DNA of 64,000 nucleotides from Chrysomallon squamiferum (lineage: Eukaryota; Animalia; Mollusca). Position 1 is the stretch's first letter. Each line of letters starts with the position of its first letter. Where the stretch lies: positions 17,422,001 through 17,486,000 of the forward strand of contig CM022665.1 of assembly GCA_012295275.1 (NCBI GenBank), read 5' to 3'. Positions 62,582 through 64,000 of the stretch are shown here, piece after piece. The position numbers and the translations under genes were made by a program. The notes below the pieces were generated by a model that saw only the letters and a list, made by a program, of their open reading frames with translations, had not been told where the DNA came from and did not search any database.

Positions 62582-63383
62582 CTTTTGTGAAAAAAAAAAA
62601 AAAAACAATTTTTTTTTTTTTTTTTTATTGTTATGTATATATATATATATATAAAGGCATAATCTGTTATTTGCCTAGTTATAGGCATGACAAAAATGCC
62701 ATCAAAGTATGATGAAAAATGGCATTGCAATTACAACAATAATTGCATTTAATTAAGCAAGAACAGCACATAATAAAATATCATACACAAGTTTTAATAT
62801 TTATATTATTAGTAGATTCAGTATGTTATAATAAATGTTATCTCATATTATGAATTATTTGTACACTTTCAAAACAATAGTATACCACAAACTGAAATAT
62901 TTCAATACATGAGTATACTAGTATAACAGGCTACATACACTAGCAGGCACAAATATAATAAGTTTGTAATATGTTTATGTATCAGTTAGAAATGACAAAA
63001 CAACTGATGGTCTTTGCACATTACTCTTAATGACCAGGTATAACAAATAAGTACTGAAATACACTATGGACACATAATTACAAATGATATAATTCCTTCC
63101 TGTCATGCTGTAGTACTAAAATATATATATATTTAATAAATCAAACATAGACAGGTTATATTTTATAAATAACATTTAATTCCCCACCCCCATATTGTTA
63201 ATTATTGAATATACTGATGTATGATACTCAGTTAATACACACTTGCTAAATGATTAATGTTTTAAAACAGGAAAGACATGAATATTGTTATTACAAGAAA
63301 GCACATTGGGTAAATTGTCAAAAAGGTGATAATGTCACTTATTTGGCAACAATTCAGTTTATACAGATATATGTATAATTCAC

Positions 63384-63404
63384 CTGAGAGGATGTATATT
63401 GCTT
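63384..63404 (-). CDS. Possible 21-nt micro-exon of the RNF213-like gene
   Basis: Minus strand ttttttgtag|AAGCAATATACATCCTCTCAG|gtgaat; phase-2 exit matches entry into exon 62488-62581. No homology support; a further candidate exon at 63510-63559. Confidence 0.3.
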
Positions 63405-64000
63405 CTACAAAAAACAATTTACTGGCTGGTAAGATCTCTCAAAGCATACAAGAGCTACTGTCTCGTTGCTTCAAAGTAAGAAATATATTTGTAAATTTAA
63501 TGTATATACATATGCAAAGCAACAATGCAAGAAGGAATGTTCAAGTATTCCAAAGTAACCTAAGAGATGACAGGAAAAGAAAAGGACCAAAGTGATTTTT
63601 TAATTTTTGAAATCAGTTAAGTATTTTAGATTTTGTATCAGTTTTTGGATTATGTTTTTCAACACTTTGAAGAAAAGCAATTATGTTAAAATAAGTTTGA
63701 ACCTTAGTTTTAAATCCTAAACACAAAATTCATTCCTCTATAACTCCTTTAATTCTAATAATTATTACATGTTACTAAAAAAAGTTTGAATCAAGACTAC
63801 AGTAATTATTTGTCAAATATCAGTCAACTTCTACAGCTGACATGAAATACACAACCTGATCTACCTCATATTATGTTTACACTGCTAAATGGAATCATCC
63901 ATAACAATCAGAACATGTCACTTCAATTATATGACATGCACCATCACCCTGCTGAGGGGATAAGCAGTAGATTTAACCATCATAACATGCATTTCACCAT

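Noticed and set aside
63850-63955. Candidate further RNF213 exon (cccctcagcag| ... |gtagat on the minus strand)
   Set aside because: All three frames contain stops between the candidate splice sites.

Overview
AT-rich, intron-dense animal genomic DNA; decayed SINE-like motifs suggest a gastropod mollusc (inference from recalled consensus). Two convergent multi-exon genes fill the window. (1) + strand, 638-9074: the 3' part (13 exons, three extended Tudor domains) of an RNF17/TDRD4 (Qin/Kumo)-like piRNA-pathway gene. (2) - strand, ~62581 down to 13744: 83 hand-traced exons (~13.8 kb of coding sequence, ~4,590 codons, N-terminus outside the window) of an RNF213/mysterin-like AAA+ ATPase/E3 ligase with a ~3 kb putative 3'UTR. 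Unusual points in this RNF213: a UBA-like domain inserted just before the AAA core, a RING finger whose Zn-ligand His is replaced by Asp while the RZ finger is intact, and a cluster of reading-frame and splice lesions in the AAA3 region (41.1-44.8 kb) that are either consensus errors or recent pseudogenisation. Introns hold a Tigger4/Zombi-like fragment, a TA-flanked MITE, SINE remnants, tandem duplications and microsatellites. All family assignments come from motif recognition and recalled homolog sequences; no database search was run.
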